Positions 34,479 to 45,625 are shown, counted from the stretch's first letter. The stretch is 64,000 nt of DNA from Fluviibacter sp. (GCA_048859965.1 JBLIZO010000015.1:3127-67126); one strand, 5' to 3'. Notes: generated from the sequence alone by a model not told the origin. Made by a program: numbers and translations.

Positions 34479-36149
34479 TTACCAGGGGTCGGTTGCGGCC
34501 AGAACTTCATCGAGTGCGGTATCACCCGTCATGACCTTGTCGAGGCCGGCGCGACGCAGATCGCTCAGCCCTTCGGCTTGGGCCTGGGTGGCGATATCCA
34601 GTGTGCTGCCATTGGCCAGAATGATACGCTGCATGGCCGTGCTGATAGGCAGGACTTCAAACAGGCCAAGGCGCCCTTTGTAGCCGGTGTGGGCGCATCG
34701 GGCGCAACCGACCGGGCGATAGAGTTGCCAGGACCCAGCGTGACGCAGCGCCAGATCGGCCGTGCTGAAACCGGCGCTGTGCAGGACGTCATCGGGCACC
34801 TGGCTATCGACACATTTACAGGCGCAGAGTCGGCGCACCAGTCGCTGGGCGACGATGAGTAATACGCTACCGGCGACGTTGAACGCGGGCAGACCCAGTT
34901 GCCGCAAACGTTCAAGACTGGCGGGTGCGGAACGGGTATGCAGGGTGGATAAGACCAGGTGGCCGGTTTGTGCGGCTTTTACGGCGATATCCGCTGTTTC
35001 AAAGTCGCGGATTTCACCGACCATCAGAATGTCCGGATCCTGTCGCATGAACGCGCGCAAGGTGACGGCGAACGTGAGGCCGGTACGCTCGTCAATGTTG
35101 ACCTGGTTGATGCCGGTTACCGGGATTTCGACCGGATCCTCGGCGGTGGCGATATTGACGCCGGGGCGATTCAGTTCGTTCAGGCAGGCATACAGCGTGA
35201 CTGTTTTGCCCGAACCCGTCGGACCGGTCACCAAAACCAGGCCACTCGGTTGGTGAATGGCCTGTAGCAGGTGGGCGCGTTGCGTATCGTTCATGCCGAG
35301 CTGATCGATATGCAGCCGGGCGTTCTGACGATCCAAAATTCGCAACACGATCTTTTCGCCATACAGTGTCGGCATCGTACTGATGCGGAAATCAACCGAA
35401 TTCCCCGTGTCGATATCGATGCGCATCTGGCCGTCCTGCGGCAGGCGTTTTTCGGCAATATTGAGACGCGACAGCACCTTGAGGCGCGATGCCAGCATCT
35501 CACGAATTTCTACGGGCGGCGTCTCGGCTTCCTGCAGCACGCCGTCAATACGGAAGCGGACCCGATAGCTGGTTTCATACGGTTCAAAATGGACATCCGA
35601 CGCGTCTTGGGCGACGGCTTCATCCAGAATTCGTTGCAGGAACTTTACGGCAGGGGCGTCGTCGATCACATCGCCCGGCGGTGGGGGTATTGTGACTGTG
35701 AGCTGATTCTGAGGGGTCGGTGCCTGCGTCGTCTGTGTTTTAAGACGCTCGACGGCGGTGGCCAGCTGGCGACAGTCGGCGACCAGCGCCGCGATACTCA
35801 GCCCCGATTGGAAGCGCACAAGATTGATCAGTACTTCGTCGGCGGGGTCGGCCATCGCCAGAGAGAGTTGTCGGCCGTTTCGGGCGACGGGCAGGTAGCG
35901 TACATCCTGATACAGCGCAGGTGTCAAACCATCGATCAGCGGGGTCGATTCGATGATGTCATCTTCGCATCGGGTAAAGCCGAAGGTCCGGACGATGAAA
36001 TCGACGATATCGCCGCTTTCCATGAGCCCGGCTTGCACCAGTTCGTCCGGCAGGCTGGTGTTTCTCTGGGCGCAGCGCGTCTGGCAGCGTGCGACATCGG
36101 CGGCAGGAAGTCGCCCGCTCTCGATTAACGCGCGGGCGAGGCTACTCAT
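34479..36149 (-). CDS. pilB: Type IV pilus assembly ATPase (PilB/GspE family)
   Basis: ASDVHFEP, PQDG, GPTGSGKT, EDPVE, RQDPD, tetracysteine motif. Confidence 0.9.
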   Translation of the reverse strand: MSSLARALIESGRLPAADVARCQTRCAQRNTSLPDELVQAGLMESGDIVDFIVRTFGFTRCEDDIIESTPLIDGLTPALYQDVRYLPVARNGRQLSLAMADPADEVLINLVRFQSGLSIAALVADCRQLATAVERLKTQTTQAPTPQNQLTVTIPPPPGDVIDDAPAVKFLQRILDEAVAQDASDVHFEPYETSYRVRFRIDGVLQEAETPPVEIREMLASRLKVLSRLNIAEKRLPQDGQMRIDIDTGNSVDFRISTMPTLYGEKIVLRILDRQNARLHIDQLGMNDTQRAHLLQAIHQPSGLVLVTGPTGSGKTVTLYACLNELNRPGVNIATAEDPVEIPVTGINQVNIDERTGLTFAVTLRAFMRQDPDILMVGEIRDFETADIAVKAAQTGHLVLSTLHTRSAPASLERLRQLGLPAFNVAGSVLLIVAQRLVRRLCACKCVDSQVPDDVLHSAGFSTADLALRHAGSWQLYRPVGCARCAHTGYKGRLGLFEVLPISTAMQRIILANGSTLDIATQAQAEGLSDLRRAGLDKVMTGDTALDEVLAATDPW

Positions 36150-37054
36150 AAGCTGCGGTCGAGCAATACTTCCAGAACGAATCGGCTACCGACATAAGCC
36201 AGCAGGAGCGACATAAACCCGGCAATCGTCCAGCCGGTCGCCTTGCGACCACGCCAGCCCCTGAGGCGGCGGCCCAGCAGCAACGCCCCGAAAATCAGCC
36301 AGGACAGCACCGCGAAGATCGTCTTGTGATCGGCGCGAATCCACTGGCCGTAAAACTGTTCCGAGATCAGCAGGCCGGTCGCCAACGATGCCGTCAGGAG
36401 CAGAAAGGCAATGCCCAGCATGCGGAACAGCAGGTTTTCCATGCGTAGCAGCGGCGGGAAACGTGGCGCTGCCGTTAGGCGCTCGGGGTGGTGCAGGTCG
36501 CGTTCGGCAATCCAGAGCAGGCAGGCTTGCAAGGTCGCCAGCAGAAAGACGCCGTAGGCCAGCATGGCCAGAATGAAATGCACGCGGAAGAGATGCGACC
36601 CGATATGCACCAGCGGATGCTCGGCAGGAAAAATCAGCGGTAGCAGTACGCAGGCCGAGGTGATTGGCAGAATCAGCGCGAGCAGGCCGCGCTGCCGGTG
36701 GGCGAGGCTTTCAAAGCCGTGCAGCACCACGGCCAGCCAGAGAATGACCGAGATCGCCACCGCAAAAGAGAAATGCACACTGCCGTCGCCGAACATCTCA
36801 AAATACAGGGCGCCAGCGTGTATCGTCAGTGCGAAACCGAGCAACGGCGGTGCAACACCGGCCGAGGGTTGGCTATCTTGCCGTGCTTTGGCACTCAGAG
36901 ACGCTTGGGCCAGACGGGCCTTGGATTGTGCGGCGACCTGGCGCAATACCTGCCAGCTTAGAAAACCGTAAGCGAGTGCGGCAACGACCGTCAGCAGGGT
37001 TGCCAGCGGAATAGGCGTCGGAAACAGGAAGGGAAGCGATACAATTGGCGTCAT
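36146..37054 (-). CDS. Cytochrome c assembly family inner-membrane protein (YpjD/CcsA-like)
   Basis: Multi-TM; HK..F...SW, GWRGR, LAYVGSRFVLE; divergent from ffh. Confidence 0.85.
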   Translation of the reverse strand: MTPIVSLPFLFPTPIPLATLLTVVAALAYGFLSWQVLRQVAAQSKARLAQASLSAKARQDSQPSAGVAPPLLGFALTIHAGALYFEMFGDGSVHFSFAVAISVILWLAVVLHGFESLAHRQRGLLALILPITSACVLLPLIFPAEHPLVHIGSHLFRVHFILAMLAYGVFLLATLQACLLWIAERDLHHPERLTAAPRFPPLLRMENLLFRMLGIAFLLLTASLATGLLISEQFYGQWIRADHKTIFAVLSWLIFGALLLGRRLRGWRGRKATGWTIAGFMSLLLAYVGSRFVLEVLLDRSL

Positions 37055-37107
37055 AGCCCCATTTATATCACGGGGGGCCAAATGAATCTTCAAGACAAAC
37101 CACACCC

Positions 37108-38484
37108 ATGTTTGAAAATCTGACCCAACGGCTGAGCCGTGTTGTAAAGACGATGCGCGGCGAAGCCCGCATGACCGAGGCCAATATCGGCGATGCCCTG
37201 CGTGAGGTGCGCATGGCGCTCCTGGAAGCCGATGTGGCGCTGCCGGTCGTCAAGGACTTTGTGGCGCAAGTGAAGGAAAGGGCGCTCGGCGAGGAAGTCG
37301 TCAGTTCGCTGACACCGGGCCAGGCCTTCATCGGGGTTGTGCATGAGCAACTCAAGCAGCTCATGGGCGAAGCACAGGCGCCGCTGGCGTTGAATCAGCA
37401 GCCACCGGCCATTATCCTTATGGCGGGCCTGCAGGGTGCCGGTAAAACGACGACTGTCGGTAAGCTGGCGCGCTGGCTTAAGCAGAACCAGAAGAAAAAA
37501 GTCATGGTGGTGTCTTGTGACGTGTATCGTCCGGCCGCTATTGAGCAGCTCAAGCATGTCGCCGGTCAGGTCGGCGCCGAGTTTTTCCCGTCCTCACCGG
37601 CGCAGAAACCGGCCGAAATTGCGGCCGCTGCGGTGGATTGGGCGCGCAAGCATCATGCAGAGGTGCTGATCGTCGATACCGCCGGTCGTCTGGCCATCGA
37701 CGAAGCCATGATGGACGAGATCAAGGCGCTGCATGCCCAGTTAAACCCGATTGAAACACTGTTCGTCGTCGATGCCATGTTAGGCCAGGATGCGGTGAAT
37801 ACCGCCAAGGCGTTCAATGAAGCGCTGCCGTTGACCGGCGTGGTGCTCACCAAGCTGGATGGCGATGCTCGGGGCGGTGCCGCTTTATCCGTGCGCGCCA
37901 TCACCGGTAAACCCATTAAGTTCGTTGGGGTGGCTGAAAAGCTGGATGGTCTGGAGCCGTTTTATCCAGATCGCATGGCCTCCCGTATCCTCGGCATGGG
38001 CGACATTCTGTCGCTGGTCGAAGCCGCCTCGCAGCAGGTCGATATGGATCAGGCCCAGGCCATGGCCCAGAAGCTCAAATCCGGCAAAGGCTTTGATCTG
38101 AACGATTTTCGTGCGCAGGTGGCCCAGATGCGACAGATGGGCGGCATGACGGCATTGATGGACAAGCTGCCGGCCAAGTTTGCCGAAGCTGCCGCTAATA
38201 TGCCGGCGGGTAGCGATGAGAAAATGGCTAAACGCATCCAGGGCATTATCGATAGCATGACGCCCGATGAACGCAGCAAGCCAGAGCTGATCAAAGCCAG
38301 CCGCAAACGTCGTATCGCCCTCGGTGCCGGGGTACAGGTGCAGGAAGTGAACCGTCTGCTCAATCAGTTTGAACAGACGCAGAAAATGATGAAGCAATTC
38401 GGCAACATGTTCAAAGGCAAGGGTGGCATGATGAAGATGATGCGCGGTGCCAAGTCCATGTTCGGCGGCAAACTGCCTTTTTAA
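37108..38484 (+). CDS. ffh: Signal recognition particle protein
   Basis: GLQGAGKTT, DTAGR, TKLDGDARGGAALS, Met-rich M domain. Confidence 0.97.
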   Translation: MFENLTQRLSRVVKTMRGEARMTEANIGDALREVRMALLEADVALPVVKDFVAQVKERALGEEVVSSLTPGQAFIGVVHEQLKQLMGEAQAPLALNQQPPAIILMAGLQGAGKTTTVGKLARWLKQNQKKKVMVVSCDVYRPAAIEQLKHVAGQVGAEFFPSSPAQKPAEIAAAAVDWARKHHAEVLIVDTAGRLAIDEAMMDEIKALHAQLNPIETLFVVDAMLGQDAVNTAKAFNEALPLTGVVLTKLDGDARGGAALSVRAITGKPIKFVGVAEKLDGLEPFYPDRMASRILGMGDILSLVEAASQQVDMDQAQAMAQKLKSGKGFDLNDFRAQVAQMRQMGGMTALMDKLPAKFAEAAANMPAGSDEKMAKRIQGIIDSMTPDERSKPELIKASRKRRIALGAGVQVQEVNRLLNQFEQTQKMMKQFGNMFKGKGGMMKMMRGAKSMFGGKLPF

Positions 38485-38503
38485 AGCGTGATTAGGGCCT
38501 GCT

Positions 38504-39439
38504 TTACCGCGGGTCTTTCAAGGCGCGCTTGCCGAGCATGAATGCAACGGGGTTTGTGGGGATGGCGCCGAGCAGTGCGCCGACCGAAACGATGACAATC
38601 CCGACAATGGTGATGAGCGAAAGGTTCTCGCCGAGAATGAAGTAACCGCCCACTGCAGAAAAGGCGGGAACCAAGGCAAGCATCATCGACGCTTCGCAGG
38701 CGCCTATTTTATGGATGGCATAACTGAACATTCCTGCGGCAAGAAGTGCTGCGATTATGCCCTGATAAACCGATTGGAAAATGATAGCGCTCCAGGTCGC
38801 ATCCGCAATGCCCTTGGGCAAAAACAGGTAGTAGATCGGTAAATACACCAGTGACGAAAACGCAGCGATCCCGAAGATGCCATGACGAGGCTTGATTTGC
38901 CAGCGCCTCACCAGTAGGCCAAAGATGGCCCAGCAGAGCGCGGCGCTGAAGAACAGAAGATCGCCGATCCACTGATCACCGCTGTGGCTGAAAAAAAGAC
39001 TGTTGAAGCCAATCATCAACAGGCCACAGGTCGAAAGCGCCAGCGCGATAACGACATGCCGTGACAGTTTGAATCCACTCATGACTGCGGTGAGTACGAC
39101 GGCCCAGAAGGGGATGCCGCCATTCACAAAGATACCGGCATGCGCGCTGGGTGCAAAGGCAAAGCCGGAGTACACCAAAAGGCCGTAGCCCAAACCACCG
39201 AACACTGCGAGCACCAGGTATCTTGGCCAGTCGCGCAGCGGGACCAGGTAGAGGAAAAAGGGCAGGGTCAGTGCCCCGGATACGCCGTATCGCATCGCCG
39301 CCAGATCAAACGGCGTGAATACCCCTTTGCTGCCAAATCGGGAAACGATATTGAAACCGGCCCAGCAAGTCACTGTGACCAGGGCCGCGAGCAGGCCCCG
39401 GCTTTGATCCGACGAAAGGTCGATGCGTCCCATGTTCAT
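38504..39439 (-). CDS. DMT/EamA family transporter
   Basis: About 10 TM segments in two repeats; ILGE motif. Confidence 0.85.
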   Translation of the reverse strand: MNMGRIDLSSDQSRGLLAALVTVTCWAGFNIVSRFGSKGVFTPFDLAAMRYGVSGALTLPFFLYLVPLRDWPRYLVLAVFGGLGYGLLVYSGFAFAPSAHAGIFVNGGIPFWAVVLTAVMSGFKLSRHVVIALALSTCGLLMIGFNSLFFSHSGDQWIGDLLFFSAALCWAIFGLLVRRWQIKPRHGIFGIAAFSSLVYLPIYYLFLPKGIADATWSAIIFQSVYQGIIAALLAAGMFSYAIHKIGACEASMMLALVPAFSAVGGYFILGENLSLITIVGIVIVSVGALLGAIPTNPVAFMLGKRALKDPR

Positions 39440-39498
39440 CGCGGTTGTGATTTAAACACGGTCTGCCCCAGCGTGTGGTTCACCGGGCCTCGCAGGTT

Positions 39499-41226
39499 TT
39501 ACTGCGCGAGTGCTTTACGCAGGTAATCCACGACACCCGCCCGATCAATCATCGTTGCTTCCGCGTCGCGGCGGCCCTTCACTTCGATCTGCCCTGCAGC
39601 CAGGCCTTTCTCGCCAATCACCAGGCGCTGCGGAATGCCGATCAACTCCATATCGGCAAACATGACGCCCGGACGTTCGTTACGATCATCCAGCAGCACA
39701 TCAAAACCGGCGGCGATCAGTTCTTCGTAAAGTTCGCTGGCAGCTTCCTGAATGGCCGGTGACTTGTGATAGCCCATCGGCACAATCGCCACGGTGAATG
39801 GGGCGATGGCGGTCGGGAAGGCGATACCTTTCTCATCGTGATTCTGTTCGATAGCTGAGCCCACGATGCGGGTGACGCCGATGCCGTAGCAGCCCATTTC
39901 CATGACTTCGTTTTTACCTTGCTCGCTGAGGAAGGTACAGCCGAGCGCTTCGGCATATTTGGTGCGCAGCTGGAAAATGTGGCCAACTTCGATACCACGC
40001 ACGATATCCAGTACGCCTTTGCCATCCGGTGATGGATCACCCGCTACGACATTGCGGATGTCAGCCACTTCCGGTTCTGGCAGGTCGCGTCCGAAGTTGG
40101 CGCCGGTCAGGTGCGTGTCGTAGGCGTTGGCGCCACAGGCAAAATCAGCCATCACGGCCACGGTACGATCCGCGATGACGCGGATACCGGGTTTGATGTC
40201 GACCGGGCCGATAAAGCCGGGGATGCAGCCCAGTGCTTCTTTTACTTCGTCTTCGCGGGCGAAGCGGAAGGCACCAATGCCGGCAATTTTGCTGGCCTTG
40301 ATTTCGTTGAGGTCGTGATCGCCACGCAGGAGCAGCAGTACCAGACCCGCATTGCCGCCTTCTGGCAGTTCTGGCACGATGGCCAGGGTTTTGACGAGAC
40401 CCGAGAGCGGGATGTTCAGTGCTTGAGCCACTTCTTCGCAGCGCGATTTCTTAGGGGTGGCAACGCGCACGAGCGGTGCATTGGCCGCGGGGCGGGGCGT
40501 GGTTGGCGGGAGCGCTTCGGCCAGCTCGACGTTGGCCGCAAAGTCAGACGTCGGGCAGAAAGCGATATCGTCTTCGCCCGAATCGGCCAGGACATGGAAC
40601 TCATGCGAGCCGGTGCCGCCAATGGAACCGGTATCGGCGGCCACGGCGCGGAAGCGCAGGCCCAGGCGCGTGAAGATACGGCTGTAGGTGTCGTACATCA
40701 CGCGGTATTCGCGCTGCAGATCTTCAAAGCTGGTGTGGAAGGAGTAGCCATCCTTCATCAGGAACTCGCGGCCGCGCATCACCCCAAAACGCGGGCGGAT
40801 CTCGTCACGGAACTTGGTCTGGATCTGATACAGATGAATCGGTAGCTGACGATAGCTCTTGATTTCCTTACGCACGAAATCGGTGACGACTTCTTCATGC
40901 GTCGGGCCGATGACGAATTCGCGCTGGTGGCGATCCTTGAAACGCAGTAGTTCGGGGCCGTACTGCTCGCCACGACCGGATTCCTGCCATAGTTCAAAGG
41001 GTTGCACGGCGGGCATCAGCAGTTCCAGGGCGCCGGCACGGTTCATTTCGTCGCGTACGATCGCTTCGACCTTACGCAGAGTGCGCAGGCCCATCGGGGT
41101 CCAGGTGTACACGCCGGAGGCCAGGCGGCGGATCAGCCCGGCACGCAGCATCAGCTTCTGGCTGATAACTTCGGCATCAGCCGGGGCTTCTTTGAGGGTG
41201 GTGATCAGAAACTGGGAAGAGCGCAT
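39499..41226 (-). CDS. proS: Proline-tRNA ligase
   Basis: [41 protein letters not shown]. Confidence 0.97.
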   Translation of the reverse strand: MRSSQFLITTLKEAPADAEVISQKLMLRAGLIRRLASGVYTWTPMGLRTLRKVEAIVRDEMNRAGALELLMPAVQPFELWQESGRGEQYGPELLRFKDRHQREFVIGPTHEEVVTDFVRKEIKSYRQLPIHLYQIQTKFRDEIRPRFGVMRGREFLMKDGYSFHTSFEDLQREYRVMYDTYSRIFTRLGLRFRAVAADTGSIGGTGSHEFHVLADSGEDDIAFCPTSDFAANVELAEALPPTTPRPAANAPLVRVATPKKSRCEEVAQALNIPLSGLVKTLAIVPELPEGGNAGLVLLLLRGDHDLNEIKASKIAGIGAFRFAREDEVKEALGCIPGFIGPVDIKPGIRVIADRTVAVMADFACGANAYDTHLTGANFGRDLPEPEVADIRNVVAGDPSPDGKGVLDIVRGIEVGHIFQLRTKYAEALGCTFLSEQGKNEVMEMGCYGIGVTRIVGSAIEQNHDEKGIAFPTAIAPFTVAIVPMGYHKSPAIQEAASELYEELIAAGFDVLLDDRNERPGVMFADMELIGIPQRLVIGEKGLAAGQIEVKGRRDAEATMIDRAGVVDYLRKALAQ

Positions 41227-41371
41227 AAGAAAACCTGGAGAGCTGTGTCGTGTCGCTGGTCAGCGACAAACCACAAAAATAGGCAAAAACAGCATTCTAG
41301 CGGAACCCGGCTTTCGTCTGGGTGCCGGATGTGCCAGAATCAGGGCAATTTCAAATTAACGCAGGTGATTT

Positions 41372-41965
41372 ATGCTGGATCGTGAAGGCTACCGCCCCAA
41401 CGTCGGCATCATTCTCTGCAACGCACGTAATGAAGTCTTCTGGGGAAAGCGCGTTCGAGAACACGCCTGGCAGTTTCCGCAGGGCGGGATCAAGCGCGGA
41501 GAATCTCCCGAAGAGGCCATGTACCGTGAGTTGCAGGAAGAGGTGGGCCTTATCGCCGAGCACGTTCAGATTCTGGGGCGTACTCGCGACTGGCTGCGCT
41601 ATGAGGTGCCGGAACAATGGATTCGTCGCGAATGGCGTGGCAACTACAAGGGTCAGAAGCAGATCTGGTATCTGCTGCGTCTGACGGGCGGCGATCATCA
41701 CGTCCAGTTGCGTGCGTCGTCACACCCCGAGTTTGACGCCTGGCGCTGGAGCGAGTACTGGGTGCCGCTGGAATCGGTGGTGGAGTTCAAGCGCAATGTG
41801 TATCAGCAGGCATTGTCCGAGCTGGAGCCCTTTTTGAACGCGGATCGTCTGCGTCATCCGGCTATTGGTCGTCGTGGGCGGCGCCCGCCAACCAAAGCCC
41901 CGACCCGTCCAGCATCTGCTGCCGAAGCTGCGGCAGTAGCGGTGCCGTCCGGAGAAGCGTCGTGA
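41372..41965 (+). CDS. rppH: RNA pyrophosphohydrolase
   Basis: [36 protein letters not shown]. Confidence 0.96.
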   Translation: MLDREGYRPNVGIILCNARNEVFWGKRVREHAWQFPQGGIKRGESPEEAMYRELQEEVGLIAEHVQILGRTRDWLRYEVPEQWIRREWRGNYKGQKQIWYLLRLTGGDHHVQLRASSHPEFDAWRWSEYWVPLESVVEFKRNVYQQALSELEPFLNADRLRHPAIGRRGRRPPTKAPTRPASAAEAAAVAVPSGEAS

Positions 41966-42504
41966 TGCGGCGCTGGTGTTGCCTTCTCGTGAGTGCGCTG
42001 ATCGTGCAGGCTGCCGCGGCCGCGCAGAACTGCAGCAAATACTACGAGTGCTATGACTTCGATGAGGAGGCTGCCGAGAGTTGGCAGGAACTCAAAGCCA
42101 AAATTCCGCCGTCGCCTGATCCGGACAAGCTCATTCCCTTCGAGGTCAGCGTTGCCAACGCCAACCGGTTTTACATTGATCCTGCCAGCATTAGCGTTGG
42201 TAAAGACGGTGTTGTGCGCTACACCGTGGTGATTGAAGCGTCGGGCGGTGCACGCACGGTCAACTATGAAGGACTGCGCTGTCAGACCCGGGAGCGCAGA
42301 CTGTATGCGTTTGGTCAACCTGATGGCGCCTGGGTCGAAAACCAGGGTTCCGGCTGGGCTGACGTGCACAAGCAACAGCACAAGATGCACAACGGCTACC
42401 AGGCCGTGTTGTTTGACGAGTATTTTTGCGTAGACCGCATTCCGGTCGCCAGCCCCGAAGCAGCGATTGATGCCTTGCGCCGCGGCGCTGCAACGTTTCG
42501 TTAG
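41962..42504 (+). CDS. CNP1-like exported protein
   Basis: Signal peptide, DGVVRYT, GA..V.YEGLRC; usual neighbour of rppH. Confidence 0.75.
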   Translation: MMRRWCCLLVSALIVQAAAAAQNCSKYYECYDFDEEAAESWQELKAKIPPSPDPDKLIPFEVSVANANRFYIDPASISVGKDGVVRYTVVIEASGGARTVNYEGLRCQTRERRLYAFGQPDGAWVENQGSGWADVHKQQHKMHNGYQAVLFDEYFCVDRIPVASPEAAIDALRRGAATFR

Positions 42505-42516
42505 GAGAGAGGTGTC

Positions 42517-43140
42517 ATGCGTATCGACAGTCTGATCATCGAAGCCGACAAGGTGTTGCGTACGCTGTTTGCGTCACAAAGCAGTGTGCGTCCGCATCCC
42601 GACGTCGGCATACCGGAAGCCGAGCTTTCCGAGGCGGATCGCCGTCATGTCGCCGGATTGATGCGGGTTAACCATAGTGGCGAAGTTTGCGCTCAGGCAC
42701 TGTATCAGGGGCAGGCGTTGACCTCGCGTGATCCGGCCGTGCGGGAAGCCTTGCGCGAAGCCGCGCACGAAGAAATCGAACACCTCGCCTGGACCGAACA
42801 GCGTTTACGCGAACTCGACAGTCATACGAGCTGGCTGAATCCGCTCTGGTATGTTGGCTCGCTGACACTCGGCGTGGTGGCCGGTAAATTAGGCGATCGC
42901 TGGAACCTGGGTTTTCTGGCCGAGACGGAAAAGCAGGTGACGGCACATCTGGAAAGCCATTTGGATCGTTTGCCGGCAGCCGACGAGAAAAGCGCCGCCA
43001 TCATCCGCCAGATGGCAATTGATGAAACCTCGCATGCGCATACAGCCGAAGCGCTCGGTGCCGCGCAGTTCCCGCCGCTGGTCAAAACGCTGATGCAACA
43101 GACCTCCAAACTGTTGACGGGCCTGTCCTATCGCATCTGA
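42517..43140 (+). CDS. coq7: Di-iron demethoxyubiquinone hydroxylase Coq7
   Basis: LMRVNHSGEVCAQALY, EEIEHL.W, ETE.QV..HL, DE..H. Confidence 0.93.
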   Translation: MRIDSLIIEADKVLRTLFASQSSVRPHPDVGIPEAELSEADRRHVAGLMRVNHSGEVCAQALYQGQALTSRDPAVREALREAAHEEIEHLAWTEQRLRELDSHTSWLNPLWYVGSLTLGVVAGKLGDRWNLGFLAETEKQVTAHLESHLDRLPAADEKSAAIIRQMAIDETSHAHTAEALGAAQFPPLVKTLMQQTSKLLTGLSYRI

Positions 43141-43176
43141 GCCGCCGCCCGGTGTCGGCCGCCGGGAGCAGGGCAG

Positions 43177-43620
43177 TTAGCCTGCGCTGGCCGGGCTTGC
43201 GTGGCGCTGATCCCGGAGTTCCAGATCCCAGGTGATCTCGGCGGTCGCGCCCAGCATGGCCGTGGCCGAGCAGTATTTGTCCTTGGAGAGGGTGACCGCG
43301 CGTTCCACCGCCTCCGGTTTCAGGCCGTTACCGGTCACCACGAAATGCAGGTGGAGTTTGGTAAAGACCTTCGGGTCAGTATCGGCGCGCTCGGCTTTGA
43401 GCACCACTTCGCACCCCGTGACCGGATGGCGTCCGCGCTTCAGGATCATGACGACATCGAAGGCTGTGCAACCGCCGGCACCCGCCAGCATCATTTCCAT
43501 GGGACGCGGCGCCAGGTTGCGCCCCCCGGCATCAGGTGGCCCGTCCATTGTGACCATGTGGCCGCTACCGGTTTCGGCGAGAAAAGTCATGTGTTTGGTC
43601 CAGACGACGCGGCATTCCAT
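43177..43620 (-). CDS. OsmC/YhfA family protein
   Basis: RPMEM, GGCTAFDV, KYCSA. Confidence 0.9.
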   Translation of the reverse strand: MECRVVWTKHMTFLAETGSGHMVTMDGPPDAGGRNLAPRPMEMMLAGAGGCTAFDVVMILKRGRHPVTGCEVVLKAERADTDPKVFTKLHLHFVVTGNGLKPEAVERAVTLSKDKYCSATAMLGATAEITWDLELRDQRHASPASAG

Positions 43621-43718
43621 GGTGCAGGCTCCAGAAAGAGTGTGAAAGGAAGCAACGCCGCGATTGTAACGGCCCGGCACCCCAAGAGAAATAATTTATT
43701 GCAACACAGCAAATCCTC

Positions 43719-43747
43719 TTGATTTTTTGGTTCGGGGGTTATACATT
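43719..43747 (+). promoter_or_regulatory. Sigma70 promoter of the CU-rich sRNA
   Basis: TTGATT 43719-24, 17 bp spacer, TACATT 43742-47. Confidence 0.7.
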
Positions 43748-43753
43748 GTCCTT

Positions 43754-43860
43754 GTAAGTCGGGCGTAAGGATTGTGTCGCGTCCGCAGGATTGTCTCCTC
43801 CACCCTCCTCCTTTGGTGTGGATTAACGCGGAACCACTTGTGTGGCTCCGCGTTTTTTTT
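43754..43860 (+). ncRNA. CU-rich anti-Shine-Dalgarno sRNA (Betaproteobacteria toxic sRNA-like)
   Basis: Own promoter; TTGTCTCCTCCACCCTCCTCCTTTGG core with CTCCTCC in a cacc/ggtg loop; ends in an intrinsic terminator. Family recognised from memory, not searched. Confidence 0.75.
43825..43860 (+). terminator. Rho-independent terminator of the sRNA
   Basis: aacgcgga-a-ccac-ttgt-gtgg-c-tccgcg followed by T8. Confidence 0.85.
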
Positions 43861-43907
43861 GAGTGCCGCGTTTTTTGAGTGTGTTTCGCGGCAAATCACC
43901 AAAACAC

Positions 43908-43937
43908 TTGACGCGGAATTTGAACTGTTGATAAAAT
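43908..43937 (+). promoter_or_regulatory. rplM-rpsI promoter
   Basis: TTGACG 43908-13 and TGn-TAAAAT 43929-37, followed by a GC-rich discriminator (gcgcg). Confidence 0.7.
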
Positions 43938-43987
43938 GCGCGTTTTCCAAAATTCCGCGCCACCCATGGCGCCACGGAAGTGCCAAG

Positions 43988-44416
43988 ATGAAAACCTTTT
44001 CCGCCAAGCCGCATGAAGTCAAGCGCGACTGGTTCGTCGTTGACGCCACGGACAAAGTCCTGGGCCGCGTTGCCAGCGAAGTCGCACGCCGCCTGCGTGG
44101 CAAGCATAAGCCTGAGTACACCCCGCACGTCGATACGGGTGATTTCATTGTTGTCGTTAACGTTGAGAAGCTGCGCGTGACCGGTAACAAGGCTGAAGAC
44201 AAAAAGTATTTCCGCCACTCGGGTTACCCGGGCGGTATCTACGAAACCACGTTCGGCAAGATGCAACAGCGTTTCCCGGAGCGCGCTCTGGAAAAAGCCG
44301 TTAAAGGCATGCTGCCGAAGGGTCCGCTGGGCTACGCCATGATCAAGAAGCTCAAGTGCTACGCCGGTGCGACCCATCCGCATACCGCCCAGCAACCGCA
44401 GTCGCTGGAAATCTAA
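43988..44416 (+). CDS. rplM: 50S ribosomal protein L13
   Basis: [33 protein letters not shown]. Confidence 0.98.
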   Translation: MKTFSAKPHEVKRDWFVVDATDKVLGRVASEVARRLRGKHKPEYTPHVDTGDFIVVVNVEKLRVTGNKAEDKKYFRHSGYPGGIYETTFGKMQQRFPERALEKAVKGMLPKGPLGYAMIKKLKCYAGATHPHTAQQPQSLEI

Positions 44417-44425
44417 GAGGTTTTT

Positions 44426-44818
44426 ATGGCAGAACAACAATACTACGGCACCGGTCGTCGCAAGAGCGCCGTCGCTCGTGTTTACCTGAAGCGCGGCAAG
44501 GGCGACATTACCGTTAACGGTAAGCCGGTTGACATCTTCTTCTCGCGTGAAACCGGTCGCATGGTCGTGCGTCAGCCGCTGGAACTGGTTGAGCACGTCA
44601 ACACCTTCGACATCAACGTCAACGTCGTTGGCGGTGGTGAGTCGGGTCAAGCTGGCGCGGTTCGTCACGGTATCACCCGTGCCCTGATCCAGTACGACGC
44701 TGAACTGAAATCGGCACTGTCGAAAGCAGGCTTTGTGACCCGTGATGCGCGTGAAGTCGAGCGTAAGAAGGTCGGTCTGCACAGCGCCCGTCGCCGTAAG
44801 CAGTTCTCGAAGCGTTAA
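44426..44818 (+). CDS. rpsI: 30S ribosomal protein S9
   Basis: [22 protein letters not shown]. Confidence 0.98.
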   Translation: MAEQQYYGTGRRKSAVARVYLKRGKGDITVNGKPVDIFFSRETGRMVVRQPLELVEHVNTFDINVNVVGGGESGQAGAVRHGITRALIQYDAELKSALSKAGFVTRDAREVERKKVGLHSARRRKQFSKR

Positions 44819-44855
44819 TGCTTTTTTGCATCCGACTCCTTGGGGTCGGATGTGT

Positions 44856-44931
44856 GGCCAGTTAGCTCAGTTGGTAGAGCAGCGGATTGAAAATCCGCGT
44901 GTCCTTGGTTCGATTCCGAGACTGGCCACCA
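44856..44931 (+). tRNA. tRNA-Phe(GAA)
   Basis: 76 nt cloverleaf; acceptor ggccagt/actggcc, anticodon arm gcgga-ttGAAaa-tccgc, GGTTCGATTCC T-loop, encoded CCA. Confidence 0.97.
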
Positions 44932-44940
44932 GGTTGTATC

Positions 44941-44975
44941 AAAACGCCGTGCCTCAGCGCACGGCGTTTTGTTTT
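44941..44975 (+). terminator. Terminator after tRNA-Phe
   Basis: aaaacgccgtgc-ctcagc-gcacggcgtttt-gtttt. Confidence 0.85.
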
Positions 44976-45010
44976 ATGGGTGCAAACGACTTCTTCTTTT
45001 GGATAAGCAG

Positions 45011-45544
45011 ATGAAAAATATGCGTGCAACAGCAAGGTTGAGACCGTTGGAGCGGGAAGACTTAAGATTTGTTCACGAGTTGGACAATAACGAAACCGTG
45101 ATGCACTATTGGTTTGAAGAGCCCTATGAGGCGTTTGTGGAATTGTGTGATTTGTATGACAAACACATCCATGATCAAACCGAGAGACGATTTATTGTTG
45201 AATCGGCAGGTAAACCGGTCGGGCTGGTTGAGTTGGTCGAGATCAATCTGATCCATCGCCGCGCCGAATTTCAGATCATTATCTCTCCTGACTTTCAAGG
45301 CAAGGGCTTTGCGGGGGTGGCTACAGCACTGGCGATGGATTATGCCTTTACGGTCTTGAATCTGTACAAACTGTGTTTGATCGTTGATCCTTCAAACGAA
45401 AAAGCCGTCCATATTTACGAGAAATGCGGATTCAAACATGAAGGCATGTTGATCAAAGAATTCTTCGTGGATGGGGTTTATAAAGACGTTTGCAGGATGG
45501 CTGCATTTCAAGACGACTATTTGGCGAACCGAAAAGCTGTTTAA
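45011..45544 (+). CDS. speG: Spermidine N1-acetyltransferase
   Basis: [45 protein letters not shown]. Confidence 0.92.
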   Translation: MKNMRATARLRPLEREDLRFVHELDNNETVMHYWFEEPYEAFVELCDLYDKHIHDQTERRFIVESAGKPVGLVELVEINLIHRRAEFQIIISPDFQGKGFAGVATALAMDYAFTVLNLYKLCLIVDPSNEKAVHIYEKCGFKHEGMLIKEFFVDGVYKDVCRMAAFQDDYLANRKAV

Positions 45545-45625
45545 ACGATGCGGGCGTGATGCGCAGGGCCGATGCCCTGCCGACACAATAAGACGATGTG
45601 CCGTTGATCAGGGCAGAAACCGATT

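Noticed and set aside
43772-43987. 72-aa N-terminal extension of RplM in the ORF track
   Set aside because: It spans the sRNA, its terminator and the rplM promoter; conserved L13 starts at MKTF (43988). Track extensions of folA, argB, secB, grxC and Mrp subunit E were trimmed for similar reasons.
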